64,000 nt of DNA from Mytilus californianus (GCF_021869535.1 NW_026262581.1:12710001-12774000), one strand, 5' to 3'. Shown: positions 25,401 through 40,400, numbered from the stretch's first letter. Notes: generated from the letters alone by a model not told the origin. Translations and numbers: made by a program.

Positions 25401-28400
25401 AAGTCCCTGAAAAATTTGTTCTAGTCGGTACACAATTCCTCGTCTTATTTCTTCTCGGTCCTTAATTGGTACAACATCCCATTTATTACATACAAACAAA
25501 GTTGAAGATGGGCTAAATTCTTCGTCTAAAGTATTTACTACATTTCGCAGAAAATCTTTCAGCTAAAATACACAAAATACATTTTTGTCTAAACACAGTT
25601 CAAGTAAGTGTATATAACATATTTTTTTTCTTTTTTCATTAAGGCATCCACAAGGTTTGATTTTACATTTTTTTTAAATTAACTGTTTACAAAACTTTGA
25701 TTTTTCGAAATACTAAGAATTTTTTCACCCAGGCAAACGTTACCTAAGCTGTATTTAGCAAAACCTTTCGAAATATTAGGAGGTTTAGCTAGCTATAAAG
25801 CCAGGTAACAGCCAGGTTTAATCCACCATTTTCTACATAAGGAAATGTCTGTGCCAAGTCAGGAATATGACAGTTGTTATCCATTCGTTTGATGTGTTTG
25901 AGCTTTTGTTTTTGCCATTTGATAATTGACTTTCCGTTTTGAATTTTCCTTGGAGTTTTGTATTTTTGTTATTTTACTTTTTAGGTCCTCAATTTCATAC
26001 TTTATTTGGCTTTTCAACTTTTTTTAATCGAGCGTCATTGATGAGTCATTTGTAGACGAAACGAAACACGCGTCTGGCGTACACAATTATAAGCCTTGTA
26101 TCTTTGGTGAGTTTTCTTACCCGTCCTTTCTGAACGCCGCCTGCATTAGAAGTATTAACGACATAAATGAAACCACATGACTTTGACAGGTACTTTTGAA
26201 GAGATTTATGCATCTGGATTTCACCAAAACCAGGTGTATCTATTATAACAAGACCTTCCTGAAAGAAAAAATTCTACCCAATTATACACAAATTAATTAC
26301 TTTTTGCCAGAATGATTTCACATTAAATTACAATCAGTAGCGTCCTTCTGGAAAACGTGCCGAACAATGAAAATCTACCGCTGTGTTTGCAAGAGGGATA
26401 ATCTTTTGTGACTATAGTTTCAACTATCATGTCATGTTTTGTTTTTCCTATATAATTCAAGCAGGTTTTTTTGCGTCTTTTATTATATATTATTTACTAC
26501 TTGGAATCTTCACTATATTTTTGGCGATTATTTGTCATTTTCTTTATTCTGTTGTTGTCCTTCTTAACAACACAATACCGATATTTCATGTGTGTGCTGT
26601 CATTCAGATTTAATGTGGATAGTCATGTATGACAATCGTTCGGCATCAGGAAGGATGGATACATTTTTTGAAGGTAGATGGTTACAGTTTAAAAACAAAG
26701 AGATGTGGTATGAATGCCAAAGAGACAACTATCAATAAAGGCAACAGTAGTATACCGCTGTTCAAAAGTCATAATCGATTGAGAGAAAACAAATCCGGGT
26801 TACAAACTAAACCCGAGGGAAACACATCAACTGTAAGAGGAAAACAACGGAACAACAGAAACACTGAAGTGCAACAAAAACAAACACCAACATACATAGA
26901 AACGAGCTATTTTAAAACAACTGCTATATTCCTGACTTGGTACAGGACATTTTAAGAAAAAAAATGGTAAGTTGAACCTGGTTTTATGGCTAGCCAAACC
27001 TCCCGCTTATATGGCAATGTTAAAAAATATCGCTAATATGACAACACTACGTGACAGAAATACAGCACAAACAAACGCAAGAACACTCAGCACAGATAAA
27101 CGCACAAATAAATAATATAATAGCCGGTACAACATGTAAACCGCAGAATAACAACGAACATCTTCTATTAACGACAGAACAGGACATCACAAACAGTGAC
27201 GTATTTTTGTAACGAATATATAATCTTGAAATTCATACAATTACAGACTAAAATAACGAGAATGTTAACTATGGACACTGTACGACAATGATCAAAACCC
27301 ATATCCATTATTAAGGTCCAACATGACAAAATGTGAAGCAATTGTGTCTAGTTCTTTTCAATATTCTTAGGAACATCCATGAGTGAGGATGTAAGGACCG
27401 TCTCCTTTACGTAGCAAATTTTATGTAAGTAAATCATATATAAACAATACCGACTAAAATGGGAAATCTTCGATGCCCTCTTCCACTGTTTTTGAGAAAT
27501 TTGGATCCGCTACTGAATACTTTTGAGAGTCTTTGTCCGGACAATTTTCTAATTTGGCCGCCCTCAGGACACTACTAATTGATATTTATGGACAAAATTA
27601 AAACTACTGCAACATCACTTACCGAGATTTGATGCACTACCATTGATATTTACGGATTAGTTTTATGAAGAAACTATTGGTTTTCAACTTGTTTAAAATT
27701 TCAATGTCTAATCCCTTTCGGGATTCTGAGTCCGTAGCGATTTTCTGATTTGGCCGCCCTCAAAATCCCTTATCAAGCCCTTTTAGGTCTATTCGTAAAA
27801 AACTACCCCACCTCGAACCGTTGTCAGTTTAAAGTGTCCTTCATTCATGCACCTGCGAAGGTTACTCCATAAAGAACTGTACATAACTATACAAACGAGT
27901 TATGTTTATCAAAATAAACATTTCATCTTAATTATAAAAAGACCATTTGTAATTTACTTAAATAAAGTGAATGACCGTGTCAAACATGATCATCTTACAA
28001 CATTTCGTTTTAAATTTTATTAATTTTTATTCCTGAAATAGGGTCACATTCAGTAACGTTTATTGATTATAGGTTGGCTACTTTCTGCTGGCTGTTATAT
28101 ACAATGCAATCACCATTTTTACACGTTTATTATCATTTTGGTTTTCTTTTGGAAATTGACTCATTTAGATGTTGAGAACGTAACCTCATAAAAATATTTC
28201 TAATGTTGTTCGTAGCATACTTTTCTATACAGTTTCTCCATTTACATAAAGCATGTAAAACAAATCATTTCCCACAAACATGAAATCTTATTACCACATC
28301 GTATTATTATTCCAACTGTTCCTCTCTAATAGTATAACATACCTCAATAACATCAGTTGGCCAATATATTTCAATTCTATCGTATGGATTGTCACCATTA

Positions 28401-31400
28401 TTGTCTTCAATAGTAATGTTTTTCTTTAATTTTTCTTGTCCATCCATTGTACTCAAATCTATTTTCACTTCCTTTCCGCCTTTAGCTTCAAAGCAAATTG
28501 CTTTCTTACGACCATCTTTGCTCTTTCGAATTTCGCAAACAGTCTGTGTACATTTAATTCCACTTGTAGGAAGAATGTCTGCTTCAAGCAATAAGTTTAT
28601 AAGACTGCTTTTTCCTGATGTTGCTTCACCTAAAAATGATGTCTCAGAATTAACGGAATTTAGCAAGGAAGCAGGAACCCTTGCCTTTCCTACCGTTAGA
28701 ACGCCACATACGGGTTGGGTTGTTCACTATGTGTGACACGGAGGGCAGCTTCGAAGCGCAGAAAAAAAAATGATCGAAATAAATTATCACATGGTAATGA
28801 GGCATTTACTACAAAAAAGATATTGTTGTCAGTAAGTTTGTCTTTTTCTCTTTTCTACAAAAAAATTGTCAAAGTATGTTTAAGACTAGCTGACAATAGG
28901 TCTCTAGATACTATGACACGAACTAATTCCGTTGTTTCTAATCTCACCAATGATACTACGTAGACCTAAGGTGTACAGTAAAAATAAGAAAGGCCACAAT
29001 TGCAAATGAGGCAATTATCAACTAAGAGAACAAAGTACTACTAGGATGTAAACAACTACGTATACAGGTCAACAACGAAAACAAATCGGTTGTTATAAGC
29101 TAAGCTATTAAGGTAGATAGGGTGTCTTCCTCCATATTGGATTGTGAAATACCAGAAAACAATCGGTCTAGATCTATAATAAAAGGTGCAAATTTTGAGA
29201 GTAGTAGGTAATTCATGTGTAAGAATTTTCATTTCAATATAGAAAATGACATATTTTATCATATTTATGGTTGTATTTTACTAAAAAACAGAATACTTTT
29301 GTTTGATTCTATATTTTCCAACTTTGTCACATAAGGGGAGGCAACTCAAATGTAAGGGCAGATAATTCACATTAAGTTACTTTTACAATAGAATGTGTTA
29401 AGAATTTATCTATTTTATTATGTAGCAAGAAAACGGGTCCGGTGACCCCATTTTTTCTTTTTCTTATCTGAAAGCATACTATTAGAGCTATCTTCTCATA
29501 TTTTATCTCAAAATTCTATGGTGTAGTTTTCATTTTATGGTAGAAAATTGGGTTTTCCATGCATAATCTATACAAAATCTGTCAATTTTGCACAACCTGT
29601 AGCGTAAAAATAAGGCCGGTGACTCATTCTTTTTATTATTTTTTTTTAAAAAGCATGATATAAACTACATTTTGGCAAATTATTAAAAAATTCTATGGAT
29701 TATAATCTACCTTAATAAAAAGAAAAACAATTATTGCAAACGCTAACGACCAACATGCGCTGGACTACATTCTTGGGACAGGCGCATAAAGAATGTGCCT
29801 GGTTTGAGCAGTCTGAGTCCAGAGTTGGAGCAGGTGGTAAATATTGTCACCCAACGCATCGTTCCTGAATTGAAGGACCAAATAGCTAAAGCAATTGAGG
29901 CTATCCAGAGGACACCTACGCCCTGCTCAATCCCATGAAAAGTTGTTGGGAATATAAAACCTACACAAAACTCTCAGAATGAGAAAAGAAAGCCTTGTGA
30001 AACATTTCGGAGTGACTTTCGGAGGGAAAAGAGCTTTAAAAACAATGGATATAGATTTAACTCCAAGTCAGCATCGTCAGTCCCCGGAAGCATATAGGCT
30101 AATGGATTTAGGGAAGACACCAATTAAAGTTGAGAGATTAAGACATAGTTTAAAAAGTTAACCGAATAAAATTGATGCACATATATTGTTAGATGGATTT
30201 ACAAATGGATTTAAAGTAAACTACATGGGTCCGCTTCAATCTTTTAATTGTTCAAACTTGATTTCTGAATTAGAAGAAAAAAAAATTAAAGAGATTCAGG
30301 CTGGGCAAATAGCGGGTCCCTTCAAAAACAAACCTTTTTCTAATCTCCGCTTATCACCGATAGTGCTTGTAGCTAAAAAGCCTCCCCAGGCTCTGAAACT
30401 CACGGCTGGCGTATGATTCAACATTTGAGTTATCTATTTGGAAGTAGTATTAATAGCTTTATTGACCCCCAACTAGCAACTGTGCAATACATATCCTTGG
30501 ATAAAGTTCTTGGTACTATTAGTAAACTAGGAAAGGGGGCAGAACTGGCACGAAAGGATATAGTCCCGGCATTTAGATTATTAATATTGCACCCTGATGA
30601 ATTTGTTTTATTTGGTTTTCGCTTCCAAGACCACTTTTATTTCCAGAAAGCGCTCCCGATGGGTTGTTCGGCGGCGTGCGCCCTGTTCGAAAAATGTGCA
30701 TGCTTTTTGGAGTGGTTGGTCCGGTTCCAATCGTGCAAAGCATAGATAGAGTATTATTTCCTACTTGCTGGAGAAGCTAGGTCTGGGGAATGCTTGCATC
30801 TCATGAACAATTTTAGGCTTATTTGCAGTGGTATTTGAGTTCCCTTAGCGGAGGATAAAACTTTAGGTCCTTAGTGTATTATGACTTTTCTGGGTTTAGA
30901 AATAGATACTTTGGAGATGGTTATTCGAATATCACAAGACAAATTAACAGTAGTTAAGGAAAATTGGAATTGATTATAAAGAAGAGAAAAATCACTCTAA
31001 AAGATCTTCAATCTCTAGAAGGCTCTCTGAATTTTTGTGCCAAAGCAATTCCGTCAGTTCAAGCATTCAACAGGAGGTTTTGTGATGCGATGTGTGGGAT
31101 ACAAAGGTTAAATCATTTTATCAGGGTGACACTAGGTATGAAAAAGGATATAAAAACTTGGCTTACATTTCTCAAGAATTTCAATGGTACTTTGGCTTTT
31201 GATGAGAGTGAACGGCTTTCAACTTGTGAAATACATTTGTTTGCAGACAGCGCTGGTAACCCAGATTTAGGTTTTGGGATTTACTTTTCAGGTCGATGGG
31301 CTTATTTTCAAAGGCCTTCTAGTTGGGAAAACCATGATTTGGCTGACATAACTCTCTTAGAGTTGGTGCCTATTGTGCTCTCAATCTTATGGTTTAAAGA

Positions 31401-34400
31401 GGATTTGCATAACAAACGAATACTTTTTCATACAGATAATAAGGCGCTTGTGAGTATTTTGAACATGAAATCCTCAAAATCGAGACGAGTGATTGAGTTG
31501 GTTCGGCCTTTTGTATCACACACAATGCGATATAATATGCAATTTAAAGCAGTACATATAGAAGGTTCGAACTTCATTCCTGATGCTATTTCACAAAAAC
31601 AGTGGCACAGATTCCGCATGGTATCACCAGAAGCAGAGACAGAAGCAACACCAATTCCAGAAACTTTTCTGCAGCTGATTTCCGATCTGAAATTGATCGT
31701 CCAGTAGATGCTTTACTAGCTTCGAACACGAAGGATACATATAGAACGGGGTTGCGAAGTTTCGAGATATTCCGTAAAGATTTTGATTTAGAGTGCGTTT
31801 GGCCGCCTCCCCCCTCGCATATTGTACTTTTTATTGCATATTTATCACTGAAAGGGAGGGCACATAAAACTGTCAGTTGTTACGTGACTGCTATTGGTTT
31901 TCGTTGCAAGGTTTTACAGTCTCAATTTATGGACTATTCATAAAATTTTATTATACGTAAAATGTTAGAGGAATTGAAACGCTTTAACTTCTCGAAAGAT
32001 AAGAGGCTTCCAATTACAATGGAACTCTTGGCTAGGATAATTGAAAAGTTGCCATCTATTATTCTGCATATGAATCTTTACTTTTTGCGGCAGCTTTTTC
32101 AGTCGCCTTTCATGGCTTTCTTAGAGTTGGAGAATTGGTTTACACAAAATTAGGCAAAGTGCAAAATATAATATCAGTACATGGTACACAAATTTTATGC
32201 GGAGCAAAAGTGGGGCTCATAAGGCTTCACATAACGCACTCTAAGGGGGATCAAACTGGTAAAGGTATTTCTATTGATATAAGGAAGACAGACACTCCAA
32301 TTTGTCCAACACAGCTATTAAAAAGATACCTAACAGTAAGACCAAATAAAAATGGTCCTCTACTTAGTCAATTTAGTGGAAAATATGTGTCTCGTTATCA
32401 GTTCTTCTGTATATTGACCAAGGCATTAAATGTAATAGGTATTGATTCAAGTAGCTACAAGTCCCATTCATTCAGAATTGGTGCAGCTTCAGAAGCCTCA
32501 GCTAAGGGAATTTCTAATAAGGAAATTACGAAACTGGGACGATGGAAATCTGTTGCATATAGGTCATACATTAGATTGGAATACTTTTAGTTTGATGTGG
32601 TCATGGACTAAGCAAAGAAATTATTGTTTATCAATGTAAATAGTTTGTACATGTGTTATTAAAAAAAAGTAATTGTGTTTTAATAAGTATGCTTGAGAGA
32701 TATGAGAAAAAAATCGGTTTTGATAATTGGCTCGTCCATTGTAAAACATGCATTTACCCATGCCCGTACCACTTATGACGGCATCCATTTGGGTTTGAAG
32801 CGGAAAAATTGTACTATTTGGTGGCAAGGTAAAGAGGGGCATGAATTGGGACGAATTAGTACCAAGGATAAAATATTTTTTAAAATTTGAACAGGAACCA
32901 GATTTTTTAATTGTACATTGTGGGGGCAACAACATATACTCCTGCAAGTTACATAATTTTAGATGTCAAATTAAGGGATAACTGTATAAGGTTTCAGAAT
33001 TGCAACCTAAAACTAAACTTATTTGGTCCCAGATACAACAGAGGCTTTTTTGGCGGAATGGCCAAAACATTAAGTCTCTGAACCGGGCTGCTGTAAGGAT
33101 TAAAAATTTTGCTGGTTGGTTATGTCTCAAGTCTGGTAGAGGATATATAAAATATACTGAAATAAGGTGGAATGAGAAAGGACTATTCCGCAAGGACGGT
33201 GTCCCTCTTTCAAACATAGGGAATACACTATTTTTGTAGAGAATTCAATGTTTTCTCCAGGAAGTTGTTTAAGCGTTACTAATGAAAGAAAATGCACATG
33301 TAATACTTTGGTGTACAAACTGTGCGGTTACAAATGCAATAATGTTTTGTTAGTTCTAGTCGTGCACTTGCAATAGTGTGTGATGATGTTCGTTTATTCA
33401 AAGGCTTTGCCTGATAAGGGATTGATATAATTATGTATTCACAAAAAGTAAAAAAGCCACGGCTTGTTGTGTCGTTTCTTTTGATTTCATGGCGGTGTGC
33501 GCATGTTTAACATGTGACCATGTGGCAGGAAAGCGACACGACGCCAATCTTGCACCATGTTCACATAATGGACTATAATATCTGTTACTGGGCTTCTGTT
33601 CCCAGGGCCAGTATTCTTAAAGTCAATGTCAGTATTCATAAATGGACAGTAATGATAAAGTGCTCTTTTTGTACAAATGGTTCTAATTGATCATTCTTGG
33701 TCCATGCTTAATTTATAATTGATAAATTGTGATCCATGCTAATGTTATAATTGATTAATCGTGATCCATGCTAATGTTTTAATTGATCAATCGTGATCCA
33801 TTCTAATGTTGTAACTGATTGACAGTGATCCACGCTAATGTGTTCTTCGTGATTCATGATCATGCTAATGTGTCATCTTGATTTATGATAATGTTTGATA
33901 AATTTGTATCGTAAGCCTAAATCCATCAATTGGAAACACAACTTCAAAATACTGATGGATTCAGTCGAGGATTATGCCAGGCAATCGGTTAAAGGCGAGA
34001 AAGAAGACGTAGACACTCTTTCCGAATAGATTAAGGCTGTGAGGTCGTTGATACAAATCAGAATTAAGAAACTGAATGGGTCTATCAATACCCATGCTAC
34101 GTCAATCTTTAAAGACCCAAATGTTGCAAAACACTTGTCCTACCTCCATGACAAATATGTTGTTGTCCCCGCAGATAAAGCCCCCAAACAACACCGTTTT
34201 TGTGTGTAAATCACATTACATAAACTGCTTGATAAATGAATTAGGTATTGACAATTCACTTGGAAACCCAACATATACCCCCACGACACTTACTAAAGAG
34301 GAAATCCTGTATAATCATAGGTCTATTCTATGTTCCTTTGGAATTTCAACCAAAGATGAAGAACTGGATCTTTCATCACTGTATTGGATACCTAAACTAC

Positions 34401-37400
34401 ATAAGTGTCCTTACAAACAACGGTATATTGCTGGGTCTTCCAAGTGCTCCACGAAACCTCTTTCTTAATTATTAACATCAATTTTATCAGTAATCAAAGC
34501 CGGGCTTCAAAATTATTGTGAAACTGCCTATTCTAGAGGTGGCGTGAATCAGATGTGGATACTGAAAAATTCCAAAGATCTTTTAGAGTACATACAATCT
34601 AAGACTCTTTCATCTTGCAACAGTATTAAAACATTTGACTTTTCTACACTTTACACAAGTATTCCCCATTCCAAACTAAAAGACAAATTGAAAGAGTTGG
34701 TATTGCTTTGTTTTATAAAAAAAGAATGGCCAACGTAGATACAAGTATCTTGTCTTAAGGAGGGATAAATCCTACTTTGTAAAACATCACTCTGTTTCAA
34801 ACAAAAATTCTCTGCAACTGACATTATCAAGATGCTTGATTTCTTGATTGGCAACATATTTGTTACATTTGGAGGACGTGTTTTTCAACAAACTATCGGC
34901 ATTCCCATGGGAACCAACTGTGCCCCTCTTCTTGCCGACTTGTTTATTTATTCTTATGAGACTGACTTCATACAGGAACTTCTTAGGAAGAAAGAAAAGA
35001 AGTTAGCAGTATCCTTTATCTTTACTTTCCGCTATATAGATGATGTTCTCTCACAAAATAATACACAATTTGGTGACTATGTTGAACGCATCTATCCCAT
35101 CGAACTAGTGATAAAGGATACAACAGATACAGTTAAGTCCGCCTCATATCTTGACTTACATCTAGAAATTGACAACGAGGGTCGGTTGAAAACAAAACAT
35201 TACGACAAAAGAGATGATTTCAGCTTCCCAATTGTGAACTTTCCATTTCTATGTAGCAACATACCCGGTGCGCCTGCATACGGAGTATATATCTCCCAAG
35301 TGATACGATATTCCCGGGCTTGTATTTCCTATCATGATTTCCTTGATAGAGGGTTGCTGCTCAAAAGGAAGCTATTAAACCATGAGTTCCAAATGGTGAA
35401 GTTGAAATCATCCCTTCGTTAATTTTACGGACGCCATCACGAGCTGTTTGACCGTTATGGAATATCCGTTTCACAGATGATAGCGGATATGTTCCTAATG
35501 TCGTAACTACAATCCCGTTCCCTTTTCACGAATGTCACCTACCGAATTAGACTATTTACCGGGTTTGTACTAACATGAGCAACACGAAGGGTGCCACATG
35601 TGATCACCCCCAGTTTATAGTGGGGTTCGTGTTGCTTTTTCTTTAGTTTTCTATGTTGTGTTTTATGTACTATTGTTTGTCTGTTTGTCTTTTTCTTTTT
35701 TAGCCATAGCCTTGTCAGTTTCTTTTCGATTTATGAGTTTGAATGTTTGAATGTCCCTCTGGTATCTTTCGCCCCTCTTTTGTGAGCCGTGGGCTTTTTT
35801 GGTCAATTAAAATAATGGTTCATTTTATATCTCTTTGGTATTTATTCAAGCATGAATCTTAAGTTAATTCAACCTTTACTAATAGGGGATAGCTTGCTTT
35901 AACTTTGTGAACTTGCAGTCTCAGTTGGTATTCGAGTTACCTTTCTTGATACAGTTTCTATATATGTAGGTCTGCGATTTTCTGAAAATCAAACTTCGCT
36001 TCTCGGAAAAGGGTCATGTGGCCCAGTGAACCAATAACGTTTGTGACGTCAGTATATCGTTTGCATCAGCGTTCAGAGATTTGAAGAAGAATAAGCAGAC
36101 ATTTTTTCGACAGAGAAAAGTTCGAAGTTTTGTATAAATATTTCTATGTAATGTGAGAAAAACCCACCCTCCCACCTCTTGATTTGAAAATGTGTGTATT
36201 TTGTCGATATACTGCTGCTGTTTTGATTTATTTTTCAGGTTTTTTATGGACAGTATATTATTTCTATGTACCCAATGTTGTATGATGATTCGTCATGGCT
36301 CACCAAGAGTGTAGAAATTCCAAGATGACTCAAGAAGAGACTTAGTTAGTAATATTCCGTTTAAATTTTGATCGTTATTCTATAATTGAACTCTCTAACG
36401 TGAGGGTACCCAAATTGCACCTATTTTGACAGTTTTTTCACCTACGTTGTTTTATGATCCAGACAAAAGTTTCCATTCTGTGTTTATTTCGTATACGTAT
36501 TCTTATTTACTATATAGTTACACCAATTTAATTTTGAATCCATATTGAATCATAGAAAAATGGGTTTGAACCGACCTCCTAACGATCCATGATTTTGTTG
36601 TGAGGTGTACCCAAATTGCATCCATGCTTAAATTCACATCTTTAAAAATCGAGTAAACAGATGTTTTGTTTTTTTTTCTTCAAATATTTAAAACAATTTG
36701 ACATTAGACCATGCTTACTATTCATTTTTTTAGAAATGGATGCTTGTAACATATTTTATTTGCTCATTTTTAAAAGATGACCTTTTTGTGAACGTCGCAT
36801 GGCGACGGATCCGTAGATTTTACCTTTCCCAGTGAATGCTTCATCTGTTGATATACTGTGAACGTTTTGTGTATATTTAAATATATTTACCTATGTTGAA
36901 AGACGTGTACAATGTCAAATCATAAAAATACAAATTGTTTAGTCTCAGAGAAAATTGTAAGATTTCCTCGCCTATTTTTGTTGAAACGGTGTAATTTGGG
37001 TACTCGGTGCAATTTGGGTACTGTGACGTTACACCTTTAATAATGGACTAAATCGTTGAAATACTTTGACACAGAAGCGTAGGATCAATGAACATTTTCA
37101 TTCTCTTAGAATTCAAATAATGTTTTGAAGGACCATCTTAAGCAGATCGGCGGGAAAGCGACACATCGCCAATAATCTTGCACCATATTCACATAATGGA
37201 CTATAATATCCGTTACTGAGCTTCTGTTCCCAGTATTATTAAAGCCAATGTCAGTATTCATAAATGGACAGTACTGATAAAGTTTTGTATAGATGGTTCT
37301 AATTGATCATTCTTGATCCATGCTAATGTTATAATTGATTAATCGTGATCCATGCTAATGTTTTAATTGATCAATCGTGATCCATTCTAATATGTTATAA

Positions 37401-40400
37401 CTGATCAACAGTGATCCACGCTAATGTGTTAATTTTGATCATATGTGATTCATGATCATGCTTATGTTTCATCTTGATTTATGATAATGTTTGATAAATT
37501 TGTGAGCCGATGCCTTTATTTTGTGAACTAAAATAGTTGTTCATTTTATATCTCTTTGGTATTTATTCAAGCATTAATCTTAAGTTAAAGTTTTGATATC
37601 TGCTTAAGGGTCTAATTATAATTACTTGGGTAATTCCTTTTTTCGTCAACTGATTTTGTTAAGTACATTATGTCTCGTTTGAAGAATGAATTGTATTGAA
37701 GTATGACTATAATATGTCTTAGCATGTGTACATATTGTGCAATGAGGTGTACATTTTTAAATGTTTTATTGACGACCTATTTCATTTCCTTGCAATTAAA
37801 AATGACGTAGCTGAAGTGCATGCAGACTAATGAGTTTTAATCGTTTTAAGGTGGATAGTACAAAGAATGTATGAATACATCTATAACCACTAAAAACTTA
37901 TATATATATATGATATACAACGATGATTCAGTTCTAAGATGTTTTTCTAAAATCATATTAAGATGCGAAAAAATAATATATACCTGCAACAAGAATGTTA
38001 CATTCAGGTGATAACAACTCGGATCGCTTGGAAAGAGAAGTCTTTTCAATGTCTGGAAAGATACTATTCAAATCTTGTTGAAAGTTGACTGGCAGGTCTT
38101 TATAAAAGTTTGAGACTTTGTCATACAGTTTTATCAATTTCTCTGTGTTTCCTCTGTGGTATAGCAATTCTTGATGTAAAACTATTCCTCCCTGAAAAGA
38201 TAATTAAATGAATATGTTTTACGATGAAAATGATGCAAACTTATTAAATATATATTGATATATGTATACTGAAAAAATGCTATAGTTTGACCTGACAAAG
38301 TTGGGTCAACACCTGTGTCCACATTTGGATTGATATCTCAGCGACCATAAGGTGTATGTTTCTTTCAGCACTACGGGGTTGTTTTTTTCAGAGTAGTCTG
38401 ATGTTGTTGATTGTTTCCTGTTATCTTTTTTTTTATTGATTATTCAAAGCATTGTTTTCTACGCAAATTGATAAGAATATTCAGTGGTTGCTGCTATGAC
38501 ATAGCGACTGGAACTGATTAAGAATAATCGTGTTCTTTATGATCAACACCCATTGCTGTCAATTCAATATTGCAACACATATTTGTATATACCCCAAATA
38601 ACCTAAATAAAAATATACAATTTGTATAAAATGCACTTATTTTTTTCTAACAAGATAAACAATAATAATGTTTGAAAGATGCCTATGTAATGTAGGTTGT
38701 ATTATGAGTTTCATAATTTTTTTCAAATATATTCTGTCAGTAATGTGTAGTAATGTAATATCAAGAAATACATATGAAAAAAATCAAAATGGCCAAGGTA
38801 TTTGAAAATTGAAATTTAACGGGGATATTATTTTCTATAGTGAAACGTCTGCAATCGACATTTAAAACCATTGAATGTGGTTTTTTTTTCCATAATTTTT
38901 GTACCCTGCAATTTACCTTATACTCCACTATGGTTATATGATAGTGATTATATCTGAACTTAGCTTGTCTCCCTAATATACTAAAACTAACCCAACTATT
39001 CTATGTTGTACGATTTGGTTTCTGTTACACTAAGTTAAATGAGAGTAAAACTGAGGTATTCCTCAAGGTAATGTATATGTAAGCAACACAAACCAATGAA
39101 TTAAGTTCATCGAAACTTAAACTGCTGTAGCAGGTCATCAGGATTTGAAACGCCTATTCACAAAACTAAATTAATTTAGACTATAACAGATATAAATTAG
39201 GAGTTCTTCCTTTATTGATATTATCTGCAATATACCTTTCCAACTAAGCGCTGAATAGATTCCATTATAACTTATATCTTTTAGTCTTTGGTAAAAAGGG
39301 GAAATGACTAATGCACATTAATATCATGCTATATAATAAAAATAACACTTTATAAATTACATGGGTTTGATTGGCTTTTCTGAATTTACCTTCGTCGTAG
39401 AAATGGTCAAACCTGAGCATTTTAAAGCCAGGGATGCATATATATGTAGTAGAACTATTTGACATATAGATGTCACAACAAAACCAAATTTATACATTTC
39501 CATTTTTAAAAAATTAGCACACTTCAAAACTGGAACCTCCATATCAACTTTGACCAGGTTATCATACATAACTAATGGTAGTTATGGTAGTTTTAACAGA
39601 TTTTTTAATACATATATTGACTACAAAAAGTTTCACTTTTCCCTAATTTGAGAGGTGGAAATGTTGATGAGAATGAATTGTATGTTTATGTGCAAGAATT
39701 TGCATGGAGAAGACATTATTCTAGGTACTGATTTATAGTATCACATTTCCTTTTCAATTTTGGTTAAATTTCCTCCGTCTTTATTATGAGATTGTCTGTT
39801 GAAATGAGTTTGAAATAACTATTGATGTTGCAGTAGAAGGTAATGGTGGGAGATTCGTGCATTTTTGAAAAAAAGTGAGATACATCCTTTAACTCTTGTT
39901 GACGAGGTAAGCAACGTTTTAGAATAAAAAATCGTTATTATTACAGCTTTCATTCATGTATTTCAGTTCTAAAGTTAGCATATAACTAATGTTGTGCTGC
40001 AAATCTGTATGGTGTGCTGTCCACATGCCTATAAGTCAATTTCCGAATTGCAATTATTTGTGTTCTTGCAAAGTCGGTAAGAATTTATACTTTTAACGAG
40101 GAGTTGATGAACAACGTCATGTGGATCAATAATCTGTTTGTTTGTTGCAAATTCAAAAATTAATGATGAACGATAAATGATTAAAATGTTAACTTATCTA
40201 ACGTAAAAATCTTCGAGTTCGGCATTTTAAAAAAAATATATGAGATATCATTAATTATAATTATTTCTAATGCTATGGTCAGTTTATCCATAATCATAAT
40301 AAAAGATTACAAGATTCAATAGTTATTAAAGTCTCGCCACATACATAATATATATATTATATACAGTAAAATACATTTCAGATTAAGAAAAACAGGAATA

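Larger units (their letters stand above)
29745..37588 (+). mobile_element. Ngaro-like tyrosine-recombinase retroelement (RT, RNase H, YR, SGNH hydrolase), 5'-truncated and dead, in gene B intron 2
   Basis: RT 30186-30960 (LPMG present, YLDD deleted). RNase H to 31707 (FADSAG, ITLLELVP, HTDN). YR 31602-32590 (FHGFLRVGE, HSFRIG, GRWKS..Y..YIR). SGNH 32693-33240 (IIGSS, HCGGNN, DGVP). Repeats: B1 33524-33907 + 35782-35867, putative A2 35868-37148, B2 37149-37588. Confidence 0.9.

Noticed and set aside
33908-35781. Selenoprotein-type (UGA-recoding) Penelope-like ORF
   Set aside because: The interruptions I traced are frameshifts or TAA stops, not in-frame TGA at conserved Cys positions, and I could not identify a SECIS.
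33690-37470. 32-bp tandem repeats (and the 45-bp palindromic repeats at 61472-61790) as CRISPR arrays
   Set aside because: Units are contiguous with no unique spacers, there are no cas genes, and the context is eukaryotic; the 32-mers are part of the Ngaro terminal repeat.
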